Assembly: GCA_002633005.1 (NCBI GenBank)
Contig: NMRA01000111.1
Span: forward strand, 52,360 to 116,359
Direction of reading: 5' to 3'
From: Phoronis australis
Lineage: Eukaryota; Animalia; Phoronida
Length of the DNA: 64,000 nucleotides
Shown here: piece after piece, positions 39,301 to 54,300 of the stretch
Numbering within the stretch: position 1 is the first letter of the stretch
Layout of the letters: every line of letters starts with the position of its first letter
Notes under the pieces: generated by a model
Databases searched by the model: none
The model's input: only the letters and a program-made list of their open reading frames with translations
What the model was told of the DNA's origin: nothing
Position numbers and translations under genes: made by a program

Positions 39301-42300
39301 AAAGGAGCCAACTTGAAGGGCCCTTAATATGCAGTCTTGAGAGTTTTCCATCAACAGAAACACTGTGTTCTCTTATAATTTGTTGTTTTGCACAATGGAA
39401 TTAGCATTATTTCATTTCATCGTACTTGATGAACATCAAACACAACACCAAGGTGTTGAGTCACCACACAGTACCAGTAACTGTTAGTCCACACAGTACC
39501 AGTAACTGCTAGTCCACACAGTACCAGTAACTGCTAGTCCACACAGTACCAGTAACTGCTAGTCCACACAGTACCAGCTAGTCATGAAAATAATTCTCTG
39601 GCAATCCTTAGATGACCAAACCTATAGCACCCACCTCTGTCAATAGATCAGCTAAGTCATGGTGCACCTTCGTACGCAGAGATGTGCGGGCAATGTTGAT
39701 TAACACATCACGCTCCATGCTACCCTCAATCTTGATCTTCTCAAGAACCTGGTGAAAACACATTATAATCACGAACTGTTGAACATAAAAACTGCCCAAT
39801 TACTAATTAATGACGGCAATGTTTTGACTCAGACGAATGGCTGCTTCATCGAGGCCCCAAGTCATTGAAACGGTCAAACTTACAAGGCCAGTCTCCCACC
39901 AGTGTACAGCACGCTGTCCTATAGAGGCAGCTTGAGTAGTCCCCTTACAGTCATTCAGATGTGTTACGAAAGTGCTTAAGGCAACAGTAAAACATGCAAT
40001 AGGATTCACACAAAACATAATATCGTTTCCTAAAAGATGACCACATCTATTGTAAAATTGAAAATAATAAACTTAATATATAGGGAAAAGAGACACTGAC
40101 GGCAAACGCAAAACAACAGAGCAAAGAGAATTGCATATCTACAGCAGAGAGCAGGTTGAAGATGGCGATGGGCCAAAATCATACAGTCATGGATACAAGC
40201 GTGCAATTTTGGGTGGCTTTAATGAAGAAAACACTTTCTCGTTATCATCTAAAAGGAAAACTGCTCATCAGAATGACAGCAAGCATGGTATGAGGGTCCC
40301 TAAGACCTATCTGAATAAATACATATCTGCAGGTAGGTCTGCTGGGTCACCCAATTAATTGTATACAGCTACAGTTATCTACAGGCAAGCAACACTATTA
40401 TACCTCCAATGCCTTGGTCTTGGCCAAATCAAAACCCTCGGTGACGATCCTCGGGTGAAGTCCCTCATCAACGTAGAGGTCAGCCTGCTTCAACAGCTCC
40501 CCAATAATGAGCACGTTGGATGTGGTGCCGTCACCCGTGATGTCATCCTGCGCCGTTGCTACACGTGCAATCAGTGAGGCCGTCGGATGTTGGATTTGCT
40601 GTAACAAAGTTTAAATTCAATGAATGGATATGATTATGACAAGCAAATGACGCACCACAAGGACAGATTCTTGATGAACATCATGAAGAAAATTACAATT
40701 TCGAGTTGCCCTTCAAGGTCTGTATGGCAGTTCATCAAATTTTGAAAACAAGACATGCAAGAAATTTGAAAAATTTGTGTACATTTATTTCGAGCACATA
40801 GTGATGAAACAAAACGTGTTACCGCGCTTAAGTTGAGAAATTAAACAGCAGGGAATGGGCATTAACTTGAGCATGTTTCCTTAAGAACTCTGGCAAGTAC
40901 AGGTAATTTCCCAGTCTAAATATGGCAAGGTTTCGCCGAAAAGGACTGATCATTATTTAAAGGTAAGTAGCCTACTTTTTCGGGCATTCACAGAAACGCG
41001 GTACTTTTAGGGAGGTTTTGGTCGAATAAATTGAGGGTGGGCGATAACTCAAGGAGTGCTTAAAGGTGAAAATTCAGAAACTTCAAATCCGAGCTATAAC
41101 CCGAACATGGGAGTTATCCTGGACGAGTACGGTAACAGTACAATTTTCATTCACACGCCGTATTAACACAAGGGAAACAACAAGTGGTATGTAAGAAGTT
41201 TACAATTTTTGTTTCTTTTCGGAAACAGTTCAGTGCCAATAAATCTTGTTCGTCAAAAACAAGACAAATTAAAAATCTTGCGATAATAAGGAAACAGGAA
41301 AACATTACCATTTCATGAAGAAGAACATTTCCATCTTTGGTAAGCTTAATATCACCCGAACCAGACACCAACCTAAAAGACAAATGGAGTCTTCGTTAAG
41401 CCTAAGGTGACAAATACAGGACAGTATTTAAATATAAGGTGACAAATACAGGAGAGCGAATAAGTGCTCTCCGTTCTTTGCCATTTTTGTTAAGTTGTGT
41501 ACACACAGATTTACTCTAGAACAACTAACACTAGTGCAATTTGCGGCACACATGTCCACACGCACATATCAGAAAACTAGCACAAGGCGGTACTTGTTGC
41601 TGTGTGCAAGAAAATGAACAGCTGGTGCAAATACAACGCGCAACGGAAAACCGCTACACTGCAAATAGAAGTGGCGCAATTCACCCCAGAACAAGTTACC
41701 CTACCTTGATAAGGTGGATTAAGTTGTCAAACGCGGGCAAGTTGCACTAGTCTAAATAGCATCCAGACAGTCCTCAGACCTAGCAACAACTCGTTCCACA
41801 ACTTGTTTGGGGAAAGTTTGTGTGTGGACGACACTTTAGCAATGCAGAGCAAGCTAGGTCACCACTAGTTTGACCCATCCTACACTGCTAAGCCAAGATG
41901 AGAAACAACTCAAAAAGACATTCCACTTCAACCTCATGATATCACCGCCAGTGGTGAAAGAGCACATCTTGAGAGCACAAACATTAGCCATAAAACCACA
42001 CTACTCAACAAGTAATTCCATACTACCGTAAACGTTCGGGTTAACGCCCTGGGCGGTTAAATTGGCAAACCCAAAAAATCGGGGGTGGGCGGTTAACCAG
42101 ACATGGGCGCTTAAACATGAAACTTCAAAAAATCCAGGGTGGGCGGTTAACCGAACATGGGTGCTTATTACGACAGGCAAGCGCCCTGGGCGGTTAATCT
42201 TACCTCGTGATCTAAGTACCCACACCACACATGTAGTCGTAGGCCTACTCGGAACGCGTAGCACTTTTCAAAGAGCGTTATCGTCACGTCGCCACATGAC

Positions 42301-45300
42301 GGGAAAAATGTCATAACAGCGGATGATCCTAACAAAGGTTATCATGCCCTCAGATTACTTATTCACTATTAAATTTACAGAATTGCTGAGTAATAGCCCC
42401 GTGCCGTCCTGCGGTCTTGTTATTTAGCGCTGTAGTGTAGAGTGCAGACGACAAGTGACCAGTGACCACGCAGCCTCTACTTGGATTGCAACTATTTCAT
42501 CTTGCTTAAGTGCGCGCGTGCAAGCTTCACGTGTTGCAGAGGTCACAGCAGACATCAGATTTATGGTTACAGTCTCGTACTAGGTGACAAGTTCATAGTC
42601 AGAGAGCAGTTTTAAAATTGGTTGTAATAAAAGTTTGAAAACCTTAATTCAGATGTTTTTTGTGTTTGGGATGTTTATAGTCAACACACCGTGACTCAAT
42701 GACATTTTCAGCGTATGGTTCTGTGGCTTGCTGTTTTATCTCGACTGGCCGGCATTGCTCATTTGCCGTTGCGCCAAACATGCTCGGCAAAGAAGTAGGC
42801 CCAAGACAAGAATCGGGGTTAAGCGGCCGAGTGCCACTCGTCAATCACGAATAAAATTTCGAGCCACGGCATAAATATGTGATAAAACGCTACAAAACAG
42901 CGATGTTTCAATTCATAAACGATCACCTTACCAAACTTTGTGGTGGAAAAACATTTATTTTTCATGTAAGATGTCCAGATTATCCTATTTGTATCACTTC
43001 CACTGTTCGGTCCTGTTGTTAGCGCGCAATGTCTCAGTCGGCTGACAATCGTGACTTGGAAATGCCGTCAAGTAATATAACGGCCTCTTTCAATATGCAT
43101 CTCGTTTTTTATGGCCAAAGATAGCGGCGGGATTCAGCACGCACGTAGAGCCTACGTGCGAGTCACCTGTCAATCACATGTTGGTGTCAAGGTAACATGC
43201 ACTCCAAAGTGTGGGAACTTGCGCGCGTGCACCACTACAAAGTCACACATCAAAAGAGAATAGCGACAGTCCTAAGTAACAGAAACGGGCGTGACTATAT
43301 ACTTTTAACCATTGTCTCATTTCTCTGGCCTGATTTTTTTGAATATATGTTTTATCAAGTGCACTGCAGACGAAAACTCAGCGCGGCAGACAAAGTCGCT
43401 GAAAGCGGAGGTTTTGACGCTGTCGGCGTTCTTAAACTTTGCAAACATGGGAAGAAAATAAAGTGACAAAAACGTTCAAGTGTTATATTTTGAAGTGAGT
43501 CCATGACCCAAGACAATAACTCGTTACTTATATAATTGCAATTCACATTGCTAAACCACCGTCTCGGAGGCCCGGCGTCGTTGCGCTCATTGTGATCATC
43601 GATATTTTTCTAAAAGTCTTGGAATAGCGCGTTTCCTTAGCACTGGGCGCTAAATCTTCATTCTTTAAAAGTCGGGGATGGGCGCTTAACCGAGAGATGG
43701 GCGCTTAACTGGAAATCTTCAAAAATCGCAGGGGGGCGCTTAACCGAGCAGTGGGCGGTTAAATCGAAAATCCACTTAAAGTCGGGGATGGGCGGTTAAC
43801 TGAGCATGGGCGTTAACCCGAACGTTTACGGTAAATCAAATTTAAAGCAAAATTCAATGCATCTAATTGTATCCATTAGTTCACTGTTTGCTGGCAACTC
43901 AACAGTTAACGGATTACGGGAACACGTACGCAATGGATTTGAATTACGAGCCAACATATCCAGGCGACTTTTCGGGCAACTTCAAAAGCTACAGCAACAA
44001 CAGTGTTTCAAGAAGTATAGATTCCAAAGAGCCACTGATCATTCTCATCTATATATCGACTGTGGTTTTCATCAGAAGCACACTATCAGTGTGTTGATCT
44101 GTTCACCTGGCATAACAGGGCTCGACGCTATTAAAATCGCCAGGTCGCAAAATGCAACCTAGCCAAAATCCCAGGTCGCATTTTCAAAATCCAGCTCGCA
44201 TTCGTAAATGCCAGGTCGCAAAATTTTCCCGCCATTTTTACGCACCAAAATAGATTTTTTTAGATCATCGAGAAAATGTTTAAATTATGCTCTTACCTGC
44301 AGCGTTAAATACTCACAAATTTCGGATCTCAAAATTGACTTCATTCATGCAGATACGGCCTTACTGTTCTTCACGACCGCCATTGAAAGACTCTAGAGCG
44401 CAAGGCAGGTTGCCGACGTGAAAGTTGAATCATTGCTCTCTAACTGACTTGTGTATTCGAGTAGCTAAATTTGCGATGTGAAAAGGGAGAAAATTCCCGT
44501 TGAAAAAGTACCCGAGATTTTGTTAGATCTGGCCTGCTACTGGCTGTCATCAAAGTCTTTAACGATTCAAACTAAATCGGGTAATGGCGAGTTTGCTCCT
44601 CAATACCTTCCAAGTACAGGAAAATTAGGTCAGTCACAAAACGACACGCATGTCACTAGTGTTAACTTTCTTTCCGACGTATAAAACAAAGCCGGGATTT
44701 GATTTTTACATATTGTGAAAAGACGTTTTTGAAAACTGAAGTTTTGTAAAATGAAAGAGACACACCATACAAGCTGCGTGTCAATTTTAAACCACACGCG
44801 GTCGTTTGTATTGCGCTATGATGGGCGCTAGCTTGAACTGTGGGCGCTTAATTGGAAATTCTCAAAATTTAAGGGGGGACTTTTAATAGATCAGTGAGCG
44901 CTTATTATGAAACACTTTAAAGGTAGGGAGTAGGCTCGTGCATGAGCATAGTCGTTAACCTCAGTGTTTGCGGTAATAAGGTATTAACACGCTGCAATGG
45001 TAAGAAACGTTATAATAATACGATTTTGCGAGGCAAACTCCATCTAGTATAGGGGTGACTTTCTGGATATCGTTACCACCTACACTGTACCCTTTTTAGC
45101 CACCCGGAATGTTTTTGTTTTTAACTGCTCGCTTCAGCCGGAAAAAGGTTGTTTCTATAGGAGTCTGAACATTTTACGGTGACGGTGGTTCGGGGAGCGA
45201 AAAGTTGCCGGGGAGGGGGGGTATAAAGAGAAGAATGAAAATTTCGCTAACTTGAACCACAATTTCGCATCTAGTGCCAGTTTAGTTGCAATAGCTGGCT

Positions 45301-48300
45301 ACGGGCATAGAATACAGGGCTTACAGAACATCGACCTCGGGAAACATCGGAACAGGATAACGTTAGTTCTGGGTTATATCGGTCCCGGGACATCGGGTCT
45401 TTTATAACCGCTGGGAATCTGACTTCATTTTCAAATAAACCAGAGCCAAGCCGGTATTCTCTTTCATTTAGGACTGTCGCTGTTCTTTGAAGTGGTGCGC
45501 ACGCATGAGTTCACGCACTTGAATCGCTGGAGTAGGCCTACACTTTACGTTGGCAACAACGTGTGAAAGACAAATCATATTTCGCGCAGTAGCCCCAGAA
45601 ACAAGTAAAGGGTTTGAGAATTTCTTGGCAACTGAAACTAAAGACGTGACCGTCGTTTGGCGATTAATAAGGTTGTCATTTTCACTTTGGTTGTCTTAAT
45701 ACGATAAAAAGGAGAAGCACATCTCAGTCTAAGTCACGATTGTCTGCCGGGACCGCTTGCGCGCGGCGGTGCCGCAGTGCGATATCAGGGATATTGTCGT
45801 GGATATTTGGTACATGTAATAAGGACATCTTATGTGAAAAATAAAATTTTTGTCCACCACAAAGTTCGGTAAGTTGATAGCTTAAGAATTTGTAGAAACA
45901 CCGTTGTTTTGTGAAGTTTTATCACGTGTTAAGCTGTGGCCCGAAACTTTCTTCGGCGAATCCGAGAATTTACAAAAGTGGTCGAAAGTGTTAGCCAATG
46001 AAACGCGTCAAAGATCGATTCTGCATATCCCATGTTCACGCGACTTGCTTACAAGTCATCGGGAGGGCTGTTCTCGGTTAGTGTTCTTTTGAACTTGGAT
46101 TTGGCAACAACCAAATTACGGTCGGATTAACAAGAGCTGCTTTGTATTTGCCAGGTATCAGTTGAGAAGTGTAAAAACTCAGCTCGCATTCGTTGGAAAT
46201 TCCAGGTCGCATTTTGCGACTTGATACGAGCTGACAAATATCTCAGCTCGCATTTCCAAATTTCAGGTCGCAAATGCGAGTTGCAGCTCGTTATGTCGAG
46301 CCCTGCATAAGGAACACAGGAGTCAGTATCAGGATTACAGATGACAGCACCTGATGAAAACCATAGCCTTCATAACAAGTAAAGGACTTTTAGTCACTGA
46401 GCCACATAATGTTGAATACCCGTGTTCAATGGTGACACAAGAGAGTTGACCGTTATCCTGCCCCAGTCTGCAAATGCATTATTTTCGCATTCATAGTTCG
46501 TACAAACATTTGACAGCCCAACTTTTAAGACATATTAAAGTTATTTCACAACATTGTTCAGAAAAATATTCCACATGCCTAGCAAAATACCTTATCTTCA
46601 ATCTCGGGGGAATTCAAATGCAAAATATATAGCAAGAAAGAAATTTTGCAGAACCACCTTCAACCGCCTGGAAATTTGTTAATTACAAGTTCAAAGGTTA
46701 TAGAGCTGTTCATCAAATCAAATTTCCCGCCACATATATGTAGTTTTGCATGGATCCACAATTTACAGTCCTCTCATTCACCGAGTTGCCATATTGAGTC
46801 AACGAAGTGCACATAGCATAGAAAGATGCCGTGGAAAACCAAGACAACGTAAAGTTTTGATCCTGAGGGATAGAGCATCTGCATACATATGACCACTAAA
46901 GTAAGACCAATGCACTGAATAGCTACAAGGAATCTGGTACACAAACACAGGCGAATTGTGAAAAAAAGATAAATCCTTTCCCAAATTTATTCGTTTCATC
47001 GGTATGACGTTTTACTGTTTTATTCTCCTGCTCAATGCGTACTTTAACCACAGATACTTGATTTCTACTCTCCGCTTCACAGTTAGCTTCAGCATGGTTC
47101 AAATGTTGTATACCACAATGCACTGGTGACCTCCTAACACTAACTCCTGTGACCTATTTCATCTGTTTTTACATGTTATGAGTTAGAATGCACGTCACTA
47201 AATAAGGTTTGAGAAAACCTTAATATGAATTTAAGGCTTCTCCGGGAATCCCCGGCCATACTTTATGTAGCAAACATGCCAAGATCCTGGCTAAAGAAGA
47301 GAACTGGTTCTCAAGAAAGATTAAAGAATCCATATACATCAAGACCAACAAGACCACCATGAATCGAGATCAAGGATTGCAGCTTCCACCAAACTACGAC
47401 GCCATACTTCTTCCAGAGAATAGAACGACCGGAAACCAGGACGCCCCCCTACCATTCGTTTATAAAGGACTGTAGAATACAGACTGAAACGTCGAACTCT
47501 TAAATCTTAAGTCTCTGAGTAAGTTGATTTTACTTATAACAATGTTTTATGTGTTAATAAAACACAACGTCTTGATGCAACCAAATACATGTGTTGTCAA
47601 TTACATCAACCCTTTTTGCGAAAGGAACACTTGGCTAGTTCCCGCTGCAAACTGCAGATGGCTTAGAAAAGTACCACTACTGTGTAATGTGTATTACTGT
47701 GGGGTAATGCCAATTTACAAACTTATCTCCCCTTACTTCACAAATTATTATTCTAGCATTAAAACAAAATGACAAAACTTGTAATTCAAAATTGCCAATA
47801 AAATCTTAACGGTAAGCGGTCTGTATAATTTTTGTGACAGAAGGCAAGTTTATATGCACTTTTAATCTGAAACAAAACATTGTTGTGAATCGTGTTTTGG
47901 AGTGGAAGCATTTGTTTTGATATTGCTGTTTTTTTAATACGGCGAGTAAGAATTCTAATAACACTCACTAAAAGCCTGGGCAGAATGTAATTCACTGTTT
48001 TAACATGAAGATTCACCACAATAATTCAATTTATCCAAGTCGGAAGTATGCAATCACACAGCTTGACGTAAAACCGCGTGGGACTTCAAAACCAAATCAT
48101 TGTTCTACAATAGAATCATAAACTGTTATCTTAACTTCATTTTGAACCTTTCTTGAAACCAAGAAAATGTAATTAATAGAATACCATGACATGAAAATCA
48201 CACTTAATTCTTTGAGCAGTATGCAGAAGGTGTTAGATGAATTCATGCACACTGAAGAGATTACGTTACCTCTGGACCTACTTACATTAAGGTCATTTTG

Positions 48301-51300
48301 TGAGATGAAACCAAACTCAAATCTGACAAGTTAATTCTCTCTACATAAAGCATTAAGGAATATCAAAGGACCTGTGTTTTAATATCAGACCAGTGCTGAA
48401 GATTTTCTATTTTGAGGCAAGACTAAGGCAAGAGAGGGAGTAAAGTGAAGCGTCTATAAGGCTACCCTTGTTGTATATTTCAAGTAAACAGTGTACGTGT
48501 GCAAGACAGAAATGAATGAGACGGACATGAATTTCAAGCTTACATATCCTGGAGATATTTCTGAAAACTTTTCAAACTACGCCAATGGTAGTTTAATCGA
48601 AAGAGGAAATGTCAGAAAAACGTCGTTAATATTCCTAGTATTGAACTCTATATATTTTACCATTTCACTTATTGGAAACGCATTAACACTGTGTGTGTTC
48701 ACAAGGAAATCATCTCGTAAGAGATCCAGCAGTATGTATTTCATCAACCTGGCGTGTTTTGACACCATAGTTTTGTTTCTTCACTTTTTGAAAGTTTGCG
48801 TATTCCGTGTCCATCCAGAGACCATCAGCCATCCTGTTGTATGCATCATATGGCGGAGCTGCCTGCAGAATAGCCGCAAAATTTCCAACTGGACTCTAGT
48901 AGCTCTTACTACTGACCGCATGATTGCAGTACTATTCCCGTTTCGAGCCATCACCATGTGCACCGCAAAAAGAGCCGTCTGTGTCATCATTGCAATTATA
49001 TCTATCATGTCTGTTACTGCAGTAAAGAACGTTTGGTTAGTAAGCGTTGACAATGGGTTCTGCGCAGCCTATAATAAACTTTACATGGACATTGTTCGCC
49101 CGTTCACATTGATCGAACTGGGAATAGAAGGATTAATACCATCCAGTCTTATCCTAATACTTAATATCTCTATCCTGGTTGGTTTGGCTAAACAAAGAGC
49201 ACAGATGTCCAGGCAAAATGAAGGATTCATGCAGAACAATTTCAGGCGAGATCGGCAGATTACTTGGATGCTGTTGTTTGTAACATTTGTCTTTCTAATT
49301 ACTACAATCCCACACTTGCTCTTTCGAATCCTCAGAATACAAGGGGTGATTTGCCCTTTGCCGAATCATGGCCCTGGCAGTAAAGTGTGTAAGCGTGTTA
49401 TGGACAGTCTTCAGAGCCTAAAGATGTGCAGTTACGCCGTTAACTTCATCCTCTACTGCATCCAAGGTTCCACGTTCAGAAAGGAGTTGAAGTTAGTATT
49501 CTGTTCAGCATGCACTCGAGAGACAACAAACACAGGAGCCAGGAGTGGCACTATAGGTGGCAGCATGCAGTCACTGTCTATTTATGAATTGTAATGTCAT
49601 CTTGAAAGTCCACGAATTTCAACTACGTTTATGTCACGCACAAGATGAATGGACTCATACAGAACTGCACTTGTCGTTGAAATAGAAATTCTGTGACTGA
49701 TACAGACATCCAAACAAACTTCCTTTATAGGTACAATGTACATTTGAATTGCACATGTGAACTCATCTCCCATATGAAAACATTGTGTTTGCCGCAAGCA
49801 TGCCACCAACACGCACCAACCTTACAGCAAACATTCTGTTTGTAGCAATCAGCGGAATGTTTAGGATTAGTCATCCTTTCAGATTGAGCAGACTAAAGGT
49901 TTTCAAATTCACTTCAAATTTTTGACAGGTAAAAAAGCAACGTGTTGTTTCAAATATCTATGTGATGACCTAAGTCTTGCAAGTTCGCTGACCCAATGCT
50001 GGTTCACCTTGATCAGAAAACCTAGCTAGAGTTCAACAAATCATCATAAACTTGCTGTAAATCTTTCCCAAGTTCTCTATATTTCGTCATAAAACAATTG
50101 CCGAGCATTTCTACATAGTATTACGCACTGATTTTGCAATAAAACATTGTCTGTGAACCACTCAAAAGAAAAAAGCCGCTGTTCTCGGGTACTGTCCTGG
50201 TAATTTCTCCTTATTCGGCTTTTGATGAAAGCAGATCATCAGAAACATTGTTTGAACATATGTCATGGTTGGATGAAAAATTCCGACTCTCGTCTATTCA
50301 TTTCCGGCTTTAGTTTAATCTGCAACTTGGTCATTTGCCAGGTTGTGAAACAAAATTTGAGGTCACTTTGGACAACTTCAGGTGGCCAAAGCAACAGATT
50401 TTGCATAACTTAAACATTCAGTGTTTAGCAAAGCTGTGGCACTTGATTTTAAATCAAATATCTTATAACTTGAGATGTGGCGTTGTTGTCAATTTACATT
50501 GCGAGCTACAGTCACCAGTTGAGGCAGTTACTAATGTTTCCTTCTTTTGTATATTTTTTCAAAAGCAATGATTTAGTCTATCAAAGCAGCAAAAATATAT
50601 TTTAAATCTGAAACTAGAGGCGTGGGGTCCAGTGCTTTCCTGATATTATGTGACTCACTATAGGAAGAGTTAAATCTGGCCGAGCAGGTCCTCAGCACTT
50701 GCTGTAACATACAAAGATGCACGCGCGGCATTTCTTAATCAAATGGTAAAGCAGGTAAGTACGCCATAGCACCTTGCCACCATTCCTGGCTCGCGTTTCC
50801 CCGATTGACCTATCGCCAGGATTTTGAGTGACGGCTTAACTGACAATTTAGAAACTCATCATTCTTGACACACCTTCGTTTCCAAGCAACCATTTTACCC
50901 CACAAACAACACGTTGCCAGGTAAAACTTATTGTTTTTTAGTCGACATTATGCAAGGGGGCGGAGCTTACGATAGGTCAATTGTGACGACCACATTCTCC
51001 ATTTGGTGACTTGGGAACTTTGCCAGGTCGCATTTAACCAGTTGAGCGAAGTGTTAATCCCTGAAGTTTTATACATATTTCAAAATGAAGACGACATTTT
51101 CAGTACATGTAACCTTAAGCCTAGCTGTTTAAACCTAGAAAAGATTGAAAATGATATTTACAGGTGTAAATCAGACTTAAGACCATTGAAGTTTATATGT
51201 AAAAATACGGCAAAGGTTAAGAGAGTGATTACATTAATTTGTCAGTCCTGCATTAATCCTTGTCATACACTAAGTCCTCAAGATAATCTAGGAGGCTGGA

Positions 51301-54300
51301 ATACAATGGACCACAGACTGGGTTAACACCACAGCATGGCACTGTGAGTTACAGAAAGACATTAGCTTCATTACTAGTGACTGACTGTGAAGTACTTTGT
51401 ACAACAAAACATTCTGCGCTAACAACGGGACTGCAGTGTGATATCAGGGATATTGCTGTAGATAATAAGGACAATTTACATGAAAAATAAATGTTTTCCA
51501 CCAAAAGGTTCGCTAAGTTGATAGTTTAAGAGTCAGTAGAAACACCGCTGTTTTGTGACATTTTATCATGTTTAGCTGTGGTCTGAAACTTCTTTGGTCT
51601 ACTCGAAAATTTGCTATGATAGTCGAAAATGTTAGCCAATGAATCACATCAAAGATCGATTCTGAATTATCCCATGTTAACGCGATATGCTTGCAAGTCA
51701 TGAGGAGGGCTGTTCTCGGTTAGTGTTCTTTTTAACTTGATTTGGCAATAACCAAATAACTGTCGGATTCATGCAAGTTGCTTTATATTTCATGGGCGGT
51801 GCACCATAGTGGGCTGATGGCAATAGCCCCCACTTATTTCAGTGTTGTGCCACCCATGTAGTTGCCAAGCAACTGCCGAGAAGTGTAAAAACTCAGCTCA
51901 CATGCATTGGACATTCCAGGTCGCAATTTGCGACTTGATATGAGCTAGCAAAAATCTCAGCTCGCATTTCCAAATTTCAGGTCGGAAATGCAACCTGCAG
52001 CTTGCTATGTCAAGCCCTGCCTTATATTTCCCTCTGGGTTTCAATAAGCTTTGCTATTTCCCAACAGACAAATGCTGAATATTATGGAATTATGACTTAC
52101 GATTTTACAATGCATGTACTACTTGTATCAAGTTCACGCAAGCATTGTTACTGTTTTAAAAAGAAAAACGAAGTTTTGTGGAAAAAATGCAGTGAAAATG
52201 GTTTTACGTTGTAAGAGAAATGTTGGTCATCTGTAAAGGACTTTGAAAACTGTACCACTTAAACTTGCCACAGATACGTACATTAGCAAGGCTAATGATG
52301 TTACGGACTTAAAATACTCGGCATTTTTTCACTCAGGGTGCACACTTTGGTTTCAGAAATGGCATTTCAGTTTTAATTTCAGCTTTCAGACTTATTTTAT
52401 TGGATTCAACATGACATATGGAATATCAGGTTAAATTTTTGTGAAGTAACCTCATTTAGTTTTTAAGATTTGGCCTGTTGAAATGACAAAAATAAGAAAT
52501 TCGGGATACGGAGAATACATCATTGGTATCATTACATCCATGTTGGAAAAGACTTAAATCTGGCTTATTAACAAGAAAGTTTATTACTCTGGTAGCTCAT
52601 GTACTTGATCACTGAACATCAATATTAAACAAGAGCAACGCAGAGCGTTGAAATGCGCCCACAATTGCACCGTATACGGTATCCTTCTAGGGTTGTTTAT
52701 TGGTACCATAAAGTGGCCAGTAGAGGGCATATATGTAGTATGTTGTACTTTGCCACTAGGAGGCGCCACAGTAATCAAAGTCACGGGAAATTCAGCGTCA
52801 ACCGTCCTCTTCATAGTAAGAACATACATGCCAATTTTCACAATCATACTTAGAGCGGTTTGGTTGATAGAGGGGTGGACGCCAAAAAACAGACTCAAAA
52901 ACAGTAAAAATGGCCACTGGGTGTCGCAAACTAGGTCGAATCCATCCGAAAACGGGAGGATAGCGTCATCGCACTAATAGGTGCCTACATACCAAATTTC
53001 ATGAAAATCCGTTAAGGACTTGTGAAGATACAGAGGTAAACGTAAAAAAATAAAATTGCCACTAGGGGGCACACTGGTAGGCGGATCCGTCCAAAAGTCG
53101 TCATCGTCTGTTGTTAACATAATATAAATACACTTATTAAATTTCGTAAAGATCCTGCGAACGGTTTAGGAGATACAGCCATAGGCGCAAAAAAAAAAAA
53201 ACTGCCACTAGGAGGCGCCACAGTAGTCCAAATCGTCTGAAAATCATTGTCAGCTGTCTTCTTTATAGTAAGCACATACACGCCAATTTTCACAATCATC
53301 CTTTGAGCGGTTTGGTTGATAGAGGGGTGGACGCAAAAATACAGACTCGAAAACAGTAAAAATGGCCACTAGGTGGCGCAAACTATGTCGAATCCATCTG
53401 AAAACAGGAGGATAGCGTCATCTCACTAATAGGTGCCTACATACCAAATTTCATGAAAATCCGTTCAGGACTTTTGAAGATACAAAGGTAAGCGTAAAAA
53501 ACTAAAATTGCCACTAGGGGACACACCGGTAGTCGGATTCGTCCGAAAGTTCGCACATGCCGTCCCATTCATGAATGGAACATATGTGCCAAATTTCATG
53601 AATGTATGTCAAAGGGTTTTGGAAATAGAGCAGCGGACGCCGGACGGACGCCGCCCGGACGGACGGAGATGACGGCATAATGCGTCCACATATAAATATG
53701 TGGGCGCATGAAAACTAGGTTCACACCTGTGTATGCTTCACAAGGTGTGGGTATACAAATAAAACATAGCAATTGTACTTAATCCTTAGACATACTTAGC
53801 ACTTAACTATCATCAGAGTCACATCACTGTCAAAAGGAATGCCTAATTCCATAAACTACCATCAAAGAAGTACAGGAAAACACTTTTCATTATCAGTAAA
53901 CATTGTTTGCACAAATAAATCTCACATAACACAGAGGTCAGTGAGTGGCTACGGAGAATACAAAATGCGAAGGTAACTATTTGTGGGAAGAAAAATACTG
54001 GAGCAATGCAATAGAATTTGTTTACTTGTCAATACTACTACTTCTGAATTACAAAAAACAGTTGTGTTTAGAAAAAGGGAGATAATACCGTCTTAATTTT
54101 CTTCACACTTGTGCAAATACAAAAATATAACATAACGGAAATTAAAATTTTATCCTAGGACATAATCAGCTCTTAACTATCATCAGAGTCACATCACCAT
54201 AAATGGGATGCCTATTTCCATCAACTACCCTCTAAAAAATACAGAATGTACTTTTCATCATCAGGAAACACTGAATGCATAGATCTCACATAATACAGAG

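Noticed and set aside
39821-39879. C/D snoRNA candidate with 9 nt antisense to 18S CGAATGGCT before CTGA
   Set aside because: No proper C box, too short, and a 9-nt match is within chance.
42026-46305. Autonomous transposase genes inside the TIR elements
   Set aside because: Only short ORFs with no DDE or DNA-binding motifs recognised.
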